This document shows positions 1-11,459 of a stretch of 64,000 bases of DNA, in pieces. The first letter of the stretch is position 1, and each line of letters opens with the position of its first letter. Where the stretch lies: NCBI GenBank assembly GCA_964016885.1, contig OZ024743.1, positions 172,298,001 to 172,362,000 on the forward strand, written 5' to 3'. The notes beneath the pieces were generated by a model. That model was not told the origin of the DNA, made no database searches, and saw only the letters and a program-made list of their open reading frames with translations. Both the position numbers and the translations under genes were made by a program. The DNA comes from Eledone cirrhosa. Its lineage: Eukaryota.

Positions 1-1436
1 TTATTCTTCAACCAAGATATCAACATATTATTAGAGATATGGATATATATATATATAGATATATATTAGGTATTATTTGTGTAGTATACTTTAGGTAAAT
101 GATAACAGTTACAATTTTATCAACGTATCACATTCAAAATACATATATATATATAAGAAAAACAATGAGTGCATGGATGATACAGAGTTCAAAATAATGT
201 CTATAATAATTTTTAGTTTGGATATAATTTTTATATTTGAATCATATATGTAGAAATGTGGTAGGTATATTTAAAAATATTTAAAAATATATAAAATATA
301 ATATATAACTACATATATACTGTATGGATAATTTAGAGTTCAAAATAATGTCTATAATAATTTTTTATTTGGATATTTTCTCTATATTTGAATCATATAT
401 ATATAAATGTGGTAGGTATATTTAAAAATATTTAAAATATACAAAATATAATATATAACTACATACATATTATAATTATAATTATATTATAAGTAAATAA
501 GAGATATTATATTATAAGTAAATATATATAGAAATGTGGTAGGTATATTTAAAAATATTTAAAATATACTACATATAATATATAACTACATACATATTAT
601 AATTATAATTATATTATAAATAAATAAATAAGAAATCGAAAGCGCAGCGAAAAAAAAACGAAAAAACCACATTTATATATGTTTGAATTCGTCTCAAATT
701 TTAGATTTCATAGTGTAGTAAATATATTTACAAGAAATATATTATATATTATACTATAAATAATAGATCAAAAACTCGCTAAAAATTTAGAGTTATAGAT
801 AAGTTTCATAAAAATTTATGGATTGGGTATTAAACTAAAATTTAAAAGAGATCACAAATGTATTAAAAATTCGCAGTTAAATAAATTCCATAAATATGTA
901 AGGATTAGGTATTATACTAAATTATAAGCATATATAGAAAGGTAGAAATAAGGAGATAAAGAAATGACGGTATTGATCAAAGTTAACAAATAATGTTGTG
1001 TGTATCAAAATTTAGGCTTGCTATTTGAAATATTGTCATTCATTCTAGCGTTGTGTCTTCTAAAGATAGTTATAAAATAAAGCAATATTAGAGGCCGTTA
1101 ATGTTTTTTCTGTTGATTATATATTCCTGGTAAACGAGTTGTTATTGGTTTGGTGCAATTGTTTATTTCTTTCTCATTTTATGTGAGGCTAAAAAAGTGG
1201 ACGTAGCTTTATGGAGGCAACTAGAGAACAATTCACTTTTTTGTTAATTATTAATAATCAACAGGGTCTCCATTGTACAGAGCGGGCAGTTATTTGATAT
1301 ACTAGAGTTGCGTAAATTCCACAGTTCCGAAGTTTTGTCCAAAGAATGGAGTATTCTAAATTCTTCTCTTTTAAAGCTGTGATAAAGACGTAGATGATTT
1401 CGAGAATGAACATTTATGGTTCGCGAAACGAGTTTT
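1..1436 (-). mobile_element. Penelope-like element fragment: degenerate GIY-YIG C-terminus (~1150-1436) plus AT-rich 3' UTR; runs off the window start
   Basis: The reverse complement aligns by eye with 36598-36850 (GIY-YIG: ...ARFANHKCSF...SILWTKL...NCALCTME) and with 37200-37470 (3' UTR). Confidence 0.8.
170..620. repeat. Imperfect tandem duplication (~160 bp units) inside the PLE 3' UTR
   Basis: AAATGTGGTAGGTATATTTAAAAATATTTAAAA...ATAATATATAACTACATA occurs 3 times (~254, ~405, ~532). Confidence 0.8.
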
Positions 1437-1490
1437 CTGATGAGGACGTACTGTTGTACATCCGAAATATGTATAATAAAATGAAATTGA
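1433..1490 (+). ncRNA. Type I hammerhead ribozyme (5' strand of stem I truncated) in an inverted pLTR
   Basis: CTGATGA(1437-1443)-GGA C GTAC tgtt GTAC A TCC-GAAA-TATGTA-TA-ATAAAA; core identical to the copy at 38296. Confidence 0.8.
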
Positions 1491-1520
1491 TCAAAAGAAC
1501 ATCTATTTTATTAATACTTA

Positions 1521-1587
<67 letters not shown>

Positions 1588-1592
<5 letters not shown>

Positions 1593-3980
1593 TAACAGAT
1601 TAAAGTTTAAGCAAAGAATCGCTGCTTTCAACCTTAACGGGATCTTCTGAAACTAAAAAAGTCAATCTGTGAACGCAGAAGTAAATATTTCAAAAAACCT
1701 TGCAACCGAAGGAAGACAGAAAGACGATACTTTGGTTCGTGGAAACGTTCCCTGGCAAAGAACGGAAAAAAACGAAGATAATACGTCATTATTTGGTGCA
1801 GTGAAAACAATTACACGCGAGGACAAAACCACGCTTATGGTATAAATGAAGTCGTAGACTAATATTCTATTAGGTGGTTCATGGAGACGTTCTCTTGCAA
1901 TGAACGGAAAAAACGAAGATAATACGTCATTATGTGGAGCAATGAGAACAATTACACGCAAAGACAAAACCACGTAAATGGTATAACTGAAGTCGTAGAC
2001 TAAAATTCTATTTAAGAAACCGAATGATTCTCGGCTTCAGAGTTAAGAATAAAGTAAATAAAATACAGAGGTAATTGAAATTAAATATATACAGACACAC
2101 ATCCATATACGTGCATACACAAGCTTACGGGAAGACACTCCACATGGGTATGCAAATACGAGCACGTACTAAAAAAAATTTTTTTTTAAAACACACACGC
2201 ACGTACAGAACCCACGCAACGCCTCTACCGCACACATACGAACGTATATACCAAATACACATAAAAATAAATAAATGGTCGTTGTCTAGTTCCATGTTTA
2301 GTTCTATATTTGTTATTCCTATGGGGGCGGGTAGTGCAGTTGTCGTTACGTTTGTTGTTGCTGCCTCTATCTGGTATTTTGAGCCCCTCCTTGTGGCCTG
2401 CCTTATGTAAAGCTACGTTATAGTAGTTTGCGTGTTAGAAGATAGGCGGTATACTCTGAGGGATATACTATGTGCTATCGAGTTAATTATGAAGCGAGGG
2501 TTGTTCGAGTTATAACTAATGTAGGCTAGATTCTCGTTATTTTTATAGAAGGGCTCTATTAGTCTTGTGTTTAAGTTGAGTGTTATATCTAAGAAATTTG
2601 TTTTTTAGAGTTAAGTTCGAAAGTGATACCTAGGCCTAGTCTATTGAAAAAGACTGATGTTTTTCCGTAATCTTTCCATGCTTTGAGTATTTAAGTTTTT
2701 AGCTAAAAGGAGCACGTCGTCTCTATAAATTCCTCCTTGGAGGTTACTAAATTCCTTATGTAAGTTATGCGCTATATATATTCCAACTATGTCTGTTACT
2801 TGTGCTGAGTCGCTAGATACCATTGTAATATCGAAGCTATTCTGTCTGTTTTTTCGTTCTCAGTAAACATTTTCGAATCTGATGATAGTTCTCCTAGCAG
2901 CTAGTATTATTCTAATTTCATCAGAGGTTAGGTCCGAGTTTTTCTGGGCCAAGTTGAGCGCTTTATCTAGGGTGACTGGAGAGATGGTGAAGTAGTAGTC
3001 GTTGATATCGAAATGTACGAAGTTGGATGCTTCCCTACTGTCTATTTTGCTAAATCAATCTATTGCTTCATTAGTGTTACCCCATAGCTTAATTACTAGT
3101 GTGTCCTTGATTTGTGCTATTACTCTATCTAGTATATACTTGCTAATTCTACCTATATCTACTTCGATGGGCATATTAATCTAATTGTGGGGTCTGTCAC
3201 GAAATTATTTTTATGATCTTTTAGGTTAAATGTGGAGTTACAAGGGGTTAGAGGCTCGGTTCTATCAGAATTTTCAGTTTTTATACTATGCTAAGTCCTT
3301 CCTTATTAATGTCAATGAGTGTAGATTCGATAGTTTTCCTGTAATGTTTGTGTAGTTAGCGGCGTATAAAGTTATTGTATCGCGGTGTATACGTTTAATG
3401 TTTTGTCCGCTTTTACTATAATCCCATTAGTGCTGCGTAGTTTTTTCAGCAGTGCATTGATGTCGTTTTGCATTTTTTTAATTTGGTTCCACTTATCATG
3501 TTCATGAGGCATCAATTTGGGGGTTACTCGGTGGATTTTTGCAGGATTTGAATCCGTATTTTTCCTTAGTAAATTCCTCTGTGTTATTAGCGTGTTCTTT
3601 GTTGTAATGATAGGCTTTCCACCGGATTCGACGGATGAAGTCATTACTACGCTGTATCATGCCGAGTATAAGGTCCCTGTTTGTAGGTATAGGTATGCTT
3701 TTAAGGACATGCCTATGTGGTGCTTTTCCATGTTATGCCGTGCACTAAGGTTATTGCTCAACCTAGTGGGAGCTGGGTATATGGGATAAGAAGTTATCGT
3801 TTTAGGTAATCCAGTTAGAGGTTGTGAGTACTCTGTACTATGGATAGTTTTAACATACGGCGTTGTTTGACTCAACAAGAGGTTTCCTTAGTTAGGTAGC
3901 GATTTTGCGAGAATACTCATGCAGGTTATTCTTGGAGTTAAAGTAGTGAAAGAGTGAAGAATAACATGGTCGGCTGTACT
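1588..3980 (-). mobile_element. Degenerate Penelope-like element with RT
   Basis: ORF 2641-2823 has SAQVTDIVGIYI...GGIYRDDVLL (PLE RT motifs). ORF 3372-3644 has IIVKADKTLNVY (typical PLE N-terminal KADK). Many stops and frameshifts. Degenerate HHR at its 3' end (~1610-1652). Confidence 0.8.
1761..2012. repeat. Two-copy tandem repeat, ~142 bp period
   Basis: AACGGAAAAAACGAAGATAATACGTCATTAT...GAAGTCGTAGACTAA.ATTCTATT at ~1761 and ~1903. Confidence 0.85.
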
Positions 3981-4533
3981 TGACACATCCACTTAATCAC
4001 CACTGTAACTTCAACTACCACCACCACCACTACTATTATCAGCAATCGTATTCTGTACTTATTTTTTACTTATTTATTACATCTTTATCATCTTCATTCT
4101 AACTTCGCTATTATTATCTTTTAATATCTTTTATTATTGATGTTATTGTTTTGATTCTCCAATGTATCTATAAATACCAATGTCATGTGTTAAACCCTCC
4201 AGAATTCCGATGATTTGATCAGAGACACAAACTGTATTTAAGGTCGAGTGACGCAACTCCGAGTGATTAGCGGCCTTTAGACTCACCTGATCAATGAAAC
4301 AATTGTTAATAATGTAAATAAAACTCTTTTTGTACAGCCGACCATTTTATTCTTCACTCTTTCACTACTATTACTCCAAGAATAACCTGCATGAGAATTC
4401 TCGCAAACTCGCTACCTAACTAAGGAAACCTCTTGTTGAGACAAACAACGCCGTACGTTAAAACTATCCATAGTACATAGTACTCACAACCTCTAACTGG
4501 ATTACCTAAAACGATAACTTGTTATCCCATATA
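3778..4533. repeat. ~200 bp inverted repeat (3778-3979 / 4332-4533): PLE 5' end and inverted pLTR-plus-tail
   Basis: GGGATAAGAAGTTATCGTTTTAGGTAATCCAG...GGTCGGCTGTAC versus GTACAGCCGACC...CTGGATTACCTAAAACGATAACTTGTTATCCC. Confidence 0.9.
4203..4312 (+). ncRNA. Degenerate hammerhead with long stem II
   Basis: CCGATGA (4207-4213, U4>C) - T TTGATCAG...CTGATCAA T - GAAA(4296) CAATTG TT. Same T·T closure and CAATTG loop as the HHR at 45210. Confidence 0.5.
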
Positions 4534-4544
4534 TATATATATTT

Positions 4545-5581
4545 CTAGGGCGGGTAAAATTCCCGAGATCCATGGACGAGTTCTCTCCAGCGGTCTCTGT
4601 CCTTCATTATCGCTGCCATGTCCTGCGTCTCCAACAGACCAGTGTCTGTCCTTAGGGAATCAACATACGTTAACCTTGGTCTTCCTCTTCCAGTATGTCC
4701 ATGTAGGGGCTCCCACTGGAGCACTGAGTGCAATGTCAACTCTGTATGTCGATGAGCATGTCCAGCTAACCTCAGTCTCCTTTGTGTCACTTTTGAGCTG
4801 ACTTTTGGGAGGCTCCCATACAGCTCTGAGTTTTTCATCCTCAGTGTATACTGATTAATGTTCAGAGCCATCCTCAGAATTCTCGTGTAGGACCCATCCA
4901 TTATAGGAGTGAGTTTCTTGGTCAGTGTCCAAGTCTCAGACCCGTACAGCAGCACAGACTCCACTACAGCAATGAAGAGGCGGATTTTCAGGTCTTTACG
5001 AAGGTCCGACTTCCACACCGATCTCAAGCTGTGGCACGCCGCCCAGGCTTTGCTCTTCCTCTTAACCACATCATCTTCCGTATTCCCAATCTTTGCTCCC
5101 AAATACAGGAAGTCCTCAACCAATTCTAGCGGCTTCCCGCCTACTTAGTGATCCCCTCTGGCTTCTCAACATTCTCTACCAGATATTTTGTTTTTGTCTC
5201 ATTCATTCTCAGCCCCACACTCATCGCCACAGTCTCAACCTCCTGCATCAAATCCTCTGCCTCCTTCACTGTATTTCTCACCAAAACTATGTCGTCGGTA
5301 AATTCAGCATCCGATATCTTTTCCGCCTTAACTCTACTGCTCTGAGCCGGTGCTACAGTAAAGCGAGAGTCCTGGTATTTCTCCAGTGCAAGGCGCATAC
5401 AATAGTCCACTACGATGATAAAAAGGTAGGGAGCCAATGTATCTCCCTGGAGCACTTCAGCCAGTATCTCAAAGAATTCTGTCATCCCATCAGGTTTAAT
5501 GACTTGGGCTTTGGTGTTGGTGTAGAGCAGTGATATCAGGTCCACTATCTTGGGGATTCCATAATCCTGTAAGATCTTCAT
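4545..5581 (-). mobile_element. RTE-clade LINE, RT C-terminal part (frameshifted)
   Basis: VLQGDTLAPYLFIIVVD, FTDDIVL, DFLYLG, VESVLLYGSETWTL, RRLRLAGHAHR, GRGRPRLTY. Confidence 0.9.
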
Positions 5582-5994
5582 TAGGCAGTGACGGATAGGA
5601 AGAGGAAATGAAATGGCTAGACCTACTAGGAGAGCCGCTCTCCACAGCCCAGAGCACTGGGGAGATCAGGCGGCTGTTTGAAGAACTGGATATTGAGACA
5701 GAGCCCTTCACCAGAGAGGAGCTTCAGAGAGCCAAGAAGAAGATCAAGGAGAGCAAGGCTCATGGAGAAGTTGGCGTGGCATCAGAGGTGATGAAGAGGT
5801 ATGATTTTGATATCATCCTGGGGTTCTGTAACCAGGCACTGGAGAAAGGAGTTGTCCCGAATCAGTGGAGGATCAGTAACATCGTCCCAGTGCCAAAGAA
5901 GGGAGATCTCTCTAACACCAACAACTACAGGGGGATCTCACTGACGCCACTTGTGGCAAAGACCCTCAACAGGATGATTCTTAACAGGATCCAG

Positions 5995-5997
<3 letters not shown>
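5582..5997 (+). mobile_element. Inverted 5' piece of the same RTE (early RT domains)
   Basis: PFTREEL...KAHGEVGV...PNQWRISNIVPVPKKGDLSNTNNYRGISLTPLVAKTLNRMILNRI. Confidence 0.88.
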
Positions 5998-6048
<51 letters not shown>

Positions 6049-6399
6049 GTATATATTTATATATATAGTCCTACATTCATTCATCTGTATATGTAAGCAT
6101 ACGTAAGCCAAAACAGATCCACTCATACATTGAAATCCTTGATTGCACTGCATACAGGCACACACACACACACGCACACATTTGTACAAGCAAATATAGT
6201 AAATGTCTGAATTCCAATGGACAAGCTTTGTTTCTGGGTTAGAAACCGGATCTTTATTGGTAGATATTTTTTTTTAAATGACAATACACTCACACATATA
6301 TATGCATTTACACACACATGGTAACGTGTATGTATAAGTACTAGCATACGCATGTAACATACGCGAACACACAGCAAATAGAAATTGAGAATACAATAC

Positions 6400-8990
6400 A
6401 AGGAGGATACGGAGGTGGAAGAGAAGGAGGAATTGCGGTGGTGGTGGTAAGTGGTGGTGATGGTAATGGTAGTGGTTGTTGCGGTGGTAGCGAATGAGGA
6501 AGGGAAGAAGGCAAGGACCTATATTGCGAGTCAATTTAATAAGATAATTCATTTGCTTCCACAAGACATGGGATTTATGGCTTTGTGGTTAATACTTACA
6601 CACTGATCGATAACTGTTCTTTATTGATTCCAGCGCTCTTCTCTTGGATATGTTTGCAGCACACCACTAGTGGATATAGTGGTGGTGGTAGTGGCGGTGG
6701 AAGCGCTGGTGCTGGTGGTAGAGGTGCTTGTGGTGGTGGTAGTGCAGGTGGGAGTGGCGTTGTTAGTTTTGGTTCTGTTGATGTTGATGCTCGTAGTGGT
6801 AGTGATGGTGTTCGGGTTCGTTATGGCGGTGACAGTGGAGGTGTTAGTGGTGTCAGTGTTGGTGGTATTGGTGGTAGTGCTAGTGCTGGTGGTGGTAGTG
6901 GTAGAGGTGGTGGTGCTAGTGGCGTTAAGGGTTGATTTGGGTGTAGTATCCTAGTAGTGTTAGTGATGTTGGCGTGGGTAGCAGTGGCGTTGGTAGTAGT
7001 GTTGGTGGGGGTAGTAGTGTGTTGGTGGTGGTAGTAGTGTGTTGGTGGATGCTGTAATGTTGCCCATTTGTAGTAGTATTGATGAGAGTAATAAGGTTGC
7101 TGGTGGCGATGGTAGTGGTGGTGGTAGTGGAGGGGGTGAGTGTGGTTAATGGGGGAATTGGTAGTGGCGGTGTTGGTAGTGGTAAAGTTGGCAGTGGTGA
7201 TATTAGTAGTGATGGTAGTGTGTTGGTGATTGTAGTAATGTTGCCGTTTGTAGTGGTACTGATGAGGGCGATAAGGTTGCTGGTGGTGGAGGTGGCAGTA
7301 GATGTGTTAGCTGTGTTGGTGTTTGTTGTGGTGTTGAATTTGTGGTGATGTGGTGGAGACTGTGTTGATGTGGATGATAAAGTTGCTGGTGATGGTGGTG
7401 TTAGGGTTAGTATTTGTGCTATTGTGACTGTTGATAGTGTTATAAAGATATTGGTAGAGATAGTAGTAGTATTGTTGGAGTGTTGTAAGTAGTATTGGTG
7501 GTGGTGTTGATGTTAGTATTATTGATGGCGATAGTGCTAGTAGTGGTATTGATGTTGGAAGTATTGGTGGTAAGCAATAATACTAACACAGCGTGGTTCA
7601 GAATAAATCGAACACAGAATGATAAAAGGTGAAGCTGACCAGGCTGGGATTTGAACATAGAACATAATAGGCTGCAACTGAATACTGTATCACGAACTAT
7701 TTTATCCGATGTTTTAACGACTCCAACACCTTTGTTATGGTTGGGTAGTAGTGCGTTGTTTATTTGTTACTATTGTCGTTTTTATTGTTTTTGTTTAGCT
7801 CTAGGTCTTACATGAGCAAAACTATGATAAAAAAACACTACAGTTCTTTTAAGCACTGCTATCCTTTATTTTGTGGAGCGGGAGTACATTACTTAATGTG
7901 TTCTGCCTTTATATTAGACTATAGAGCGTTTGAAGGAGATTTGGCTACTGTTTCTAGAAAGTCTAGCGGGCGGTCACTTAGAGATCGCCCGCTTTTGCTT
8001 GTTATTTCGTGGGATTAATGTTGTGGTGTGATGGTAGTAATATTTTTGTTGTTAGTAGTAGTAGTGGTAGTGGTGGTGATAGAGTTGTTGTGGTAGGGGA
8101 GATAATGGTATTATTGGTAGTAGTAAATGATGGAGATGGAGATGATGGCTGTGTTGATGATCCTAATAGAAAATGTAGTGGTAGTGGTGGTGATGGATTT
8201 GATAGTGGTTGTGTTGTTTTGAATAATCACGTTTAATAATATTAGTAAAGATAACGGTAGTGATGGTGATGTTTAAATAATAGAGATGTCGGTAGTGATG
8301 AAAATGAAGATAGAATGGAGGATTGGCGATGGCGGTGGGGTGGTGGAGAGATGATGGTAGTGGTTACAAGTAGCGAGGGGGGTTGATGAAATGGTAGGGG
8401 TGAGGGTGGTAGTGGTGGTGATGTTGATGGTGATAGCGTTGTTGTTGTGGGGATAGGTGGTGGTAGTGATAGTGGTGTTGGTTACGATGGTTAATATGCT
8501 GATGATCATATTGATATAAATAGTCATAGTGGTGATACATGTGGATATAGTGGTGTTGATGGTGGTAGTTTTGCTAATAGCGATAAGAGTGGTTCTGGTG
8601 GTGTTGGTAATAATGATTTTAATCGTGACTGTTGAGGTAGTACTAGTGGTGGTGAGGATAATGGTAATGATGATTTTTAATATCGATTGTAGGGGTGGGC
8701 GTTGTAGTAGTGGTGGTGTTGGTGATTTTAATAGGGAGCCTAATGGAAGTGTTTATATAAGGGTAGTAGTGTGTTGATTTTAATGGGAGCAGGAGGACTG
8801 TTCTACTAGTTGTTTCAATTTTGATGATGGGTTTAATGGCAAAGTAAAGGAGATGAGTTGTGATGAAGATGAGGGGGTTGGGTGGATGGTGATGATAATT
8901 TTCTTGAAGGTGGGGATACTAGTGACAATGTAATGGCTTTAATAGTGCGGATTTTTATTAGTGCTAGCTGATGCAGTTTGGTAGATAAAG
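6400..8990. repeat. Low-complexity (GGT/GAT/AGT)n-rich region
   Basis: Degenerate trinucleotide repeats that produce spurious Gly/Val/Thr-rich ORFs in every frame. Confidence 0.85.
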
Positions 8991-9235
8991 CCGCATAGCC
9001 TAATGGTTAAGATGCCGGGCTTATGATCATAATGTCGTCAGTTCGATTTCTGAACAGGGTGCTGCGTTGTGTTCTTGAGCAAACACTTCATTTCACGTTG
9101 CTCTAGTACACTCAGCCGAGAGTGAGCAGTAGCTTAAAGAGTTAATCCTGCGATGGACCGGCGTCCTATCCTATGCAGTCGCTTAACACCAAGGAAACTG
9201 GGGATAAGCACTGGCCCGATGAGCCTTCGGCTGAA
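8990..9235 (+). mobile_element. tRNA-derived SINE (core-domain type)
   Basis: A box TAGCCTAATGG, B box GTTCGATT, core TGTGTTCTTGAGCAA.CACTT, then CCTGCGATGGACCGGCGTCC and a L2/CR1-like tail. Confidence 0.75.
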
Positions 9236-9489
9236 ACAAATGTAATTTAGTGGTGGTGGTATTGGTTGAGGTGGTAGTGTGTTGATAGTGGTCGGGTGTT
9301 GGTGGTCAGGAAAGATACAGTTGTAGATGTGGTGCTAGTAATAGATGAAACTACAGACATGGCTCCTACTGGTGACGGTGGACTTAAGAAACACAAAGGT
9401 GCAATAATAGTTATTGAGAAGACCGCAGAATGTGTGTTGAAAGAGCTTTGTCTATTAAATAACTATCAGGAATGTATTAGATACTTAAC

Positions 9490-9718
9490 TAATAATTATT
9501 TTTACTTTTGTCCAAAGTCCAGAAATTTGAAGGGAAGAGAAAATCGATTAAATCGACTCAGTGAGTAACTGGTGCTTTATTTTATCGACTCCGTAAGGAT
9601 GAAAGGCAAAGCTAACCCCGGTGGGACTTGAACTCAGAACGTCGAAACAAATGTTTCGTAACAAATGCCATAAAGCATGTTGTGCGACGCTCTACAGATA
9701 CAGCCAATTCACCGCCCT
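9490..9718 (-). mobile_element. tRNA-derived SINE (abundant family in this window)
   Basis: Reverse complement of CTGAGTTCAAGTCCCACC...TTTGCCTTTCATCCTTACGGAGTCGATAAAATAAAG.ACCAG. Confidence 0.8.
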
Positions 9719-9784
9719 AAGACACTTTAATAATAAAATTGAAATGAAACTGAACTGGTGCGTGTGCTTGTATTAGCAGCATGA

Positions 9785-10430
9785 CCCTCCTATAGTGGAA
9801 CTCCATTCACTTGTAGAGTGCACTCCGCAGGCTTCCTTGAGAGGACGAGTGTCTCGGTTTTCGCAGCACTCGGCATCAAACCTATCAAGTGCAAATCGGA
9901 GATCACCTTCTGTCGAGTAACATCAGGTCATCTGCAATATCTAGCCGACTTTACACCTGCTATTCGTGTTACCCCCCCCCCCCCCCGGCTGCGCATCTCC
10001 TCTTCATGAAAATGATGAACAGGAGAGGTGACAGTACGCATCCTTGTTGGAGTAACGTTACTCGACAGAGCGCGTAGCTCGGAGATCAAAAAGTCACTCC
10101 AGATAGACGCGCTACTTCTCCGAATTGAGAGATCACAACTCAAATACTATGGGCATGTGGTTAGAATGTCTCAGGAAAGAATCGCTGGACAGATTTTACG
10201 GGAAAAACCAACCAGCAAGAGAACAGGGGTAGACCCCGAGCAAGATGATTGGATAACATCTATGAGCTTCGCTGGTCTCGCTTGGGGATCCAGCTGGATC
10301 AGTTGGAAGGAGTGTTTGAAGATCTTCCCCCATCACCCTCTGAAGAAGAAGAAGAAGAAGAAGAAGAAGAAGAAGAAGAAGAAGAAGAAGAAGAAGAAGA
10401 AGAAGAAGAAGAAGAAGAAGAAGAAGAAGA
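9785..10430 (+). mobile_element. 5'-truncated RTE with inverted 5' segment (9785-10027 on minus) and (GAA)n tail
   Basis: Plus strand: GVTLLDRARSSEI...LRIERSQLKYYGHVVRM...then (GAA)n from 10342. Minus strand: LSPLLFIIFM...KTETLVLSRKP..C.LQVNGVPL. Confidence 0.8.
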
Positions 10431-10721
10431 AAGGAATTCAATGTGACCTTTCCAAAAGAAAAGGTCACATTGGATAATTAACGTCTAAAAAAATAAAAAC
10501 GGGCTCGTCACGGCTCAAACGTCTTTGAAATTTGAACTGCTCGATTAGGGTTGACTTGGAGCTCAGCAACAACTAACTCATACATATACAATTATTTTTT
10601 CTTTATCTATCCTAAGCATTGCAATAAAGCAGCTAAATTGCAAGCGGTTTGTGAGAAAGGAAGAAGACAAGAACACATTTCAAGGAGAAATAAAATGGCG
10701 ATTGTTGTTGTTTTTTATTTT

Positions 10722-10870
10722 TTATGGATTGTCGTGGTCAGGAAAGCAAGAAGCTGGAAGAGAATTCCATAAGTAAGACGTACGAGGGAAGAAACTATCA
10801 GAATAGAATATGCAATTGCATTTAGGAACTTCGACTGTAAATGAGTGAGACCTGGCCACCAATCTGGTAC
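10722..10870 (-). mobile_element. CR1/Jockey-group LINE 3' end fragment
   Basis: C-terminal motif YSDSFFPRTSYLWNSLPASCFP. Confidence 0.65.
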
Positions 10871-11459
10871 TCCATTTAAACTCGTGACTCATGAGAACTA
10901 TTCTCATGAACTTATTTATAAAAAAAGATACAGAGAGCGTCAAAGTTTCAATGATGTGGTAATAATTGAAGCTGACATCAATAATGTTGGCGGTTTTTCT
11001 TTGGATCGATCTAGACTCATAAGGTGCATTGCTGAAGCACCAGACCAGATGTGGCAAGAATAGTAAGAAACTCTCAGGAGAGCTGGACTGTAGAAGGTCT
11101 TCAGAGAGAAACCCCCTCAGGCGAGTGTTTCGGCCCTTAACTTCTTAGTCTCAACGGAGCCGGGCCCCATCCAGGTCATGACTCCTGGGTGCCGTACTGG
11201 TGACATTTAGCGGAGATTTTCTGTGTATTTAAACCGTATGTAGGAGGTTTTGTTGACAGAATCTAGCTGTAACTCCTCTCCGTTGCCATTACTTTCAAAC
11301 TTATATTTAAACGCTTTCTAAAATTTGGAAAATAATTTTGCTGAGTCGTGGTAGCTGTGAGACGTCAACAGTATTGTCAGCGCCGCCACCAACACTACAC
11401 ACTATGACTAATTCAGAGTTTCTTCCCTTAGCGTGCGTTAAAATACAAACATGATGCTT

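Noticed and set aside
1605-1655. Minus-strand CAGAAGA TCCC gtta AGGTT GAAA (second copy at ~40385-40415)
   Set aside because: Probably an HHR remnant at a PLE 3' end, but the core is mutated in both copies and stem I does not pair; not counted as functional.
1761-2012. Repeats that might suggest a CRISPR array (also the tandem SINEs at 26145-26540)
   Set aside because: Eukaryotic context, only two long units, no spacers and no cas genes.
6585-8777. Gly/Val/Thr-rich ORFs resembling structural proteins
   Set aside because: They are translations of degenerate (GGT)n repeats, open in several frames and on both strands, with no splice or domain evidence.
9212-9248. CCGATGA GCC ttc GGC TGAAACAAATGTA, hammerhead-like
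   Set aside because: The core is mutated and stem I is absent; it matches the usual L2/CR1-type SINE 3' stem-loop.
11115-11180. Minus-strand CTGGATGG GGCCC...GGGCC GAAAC
   Set aside because: Non-consensus core with no UH or stem I support.
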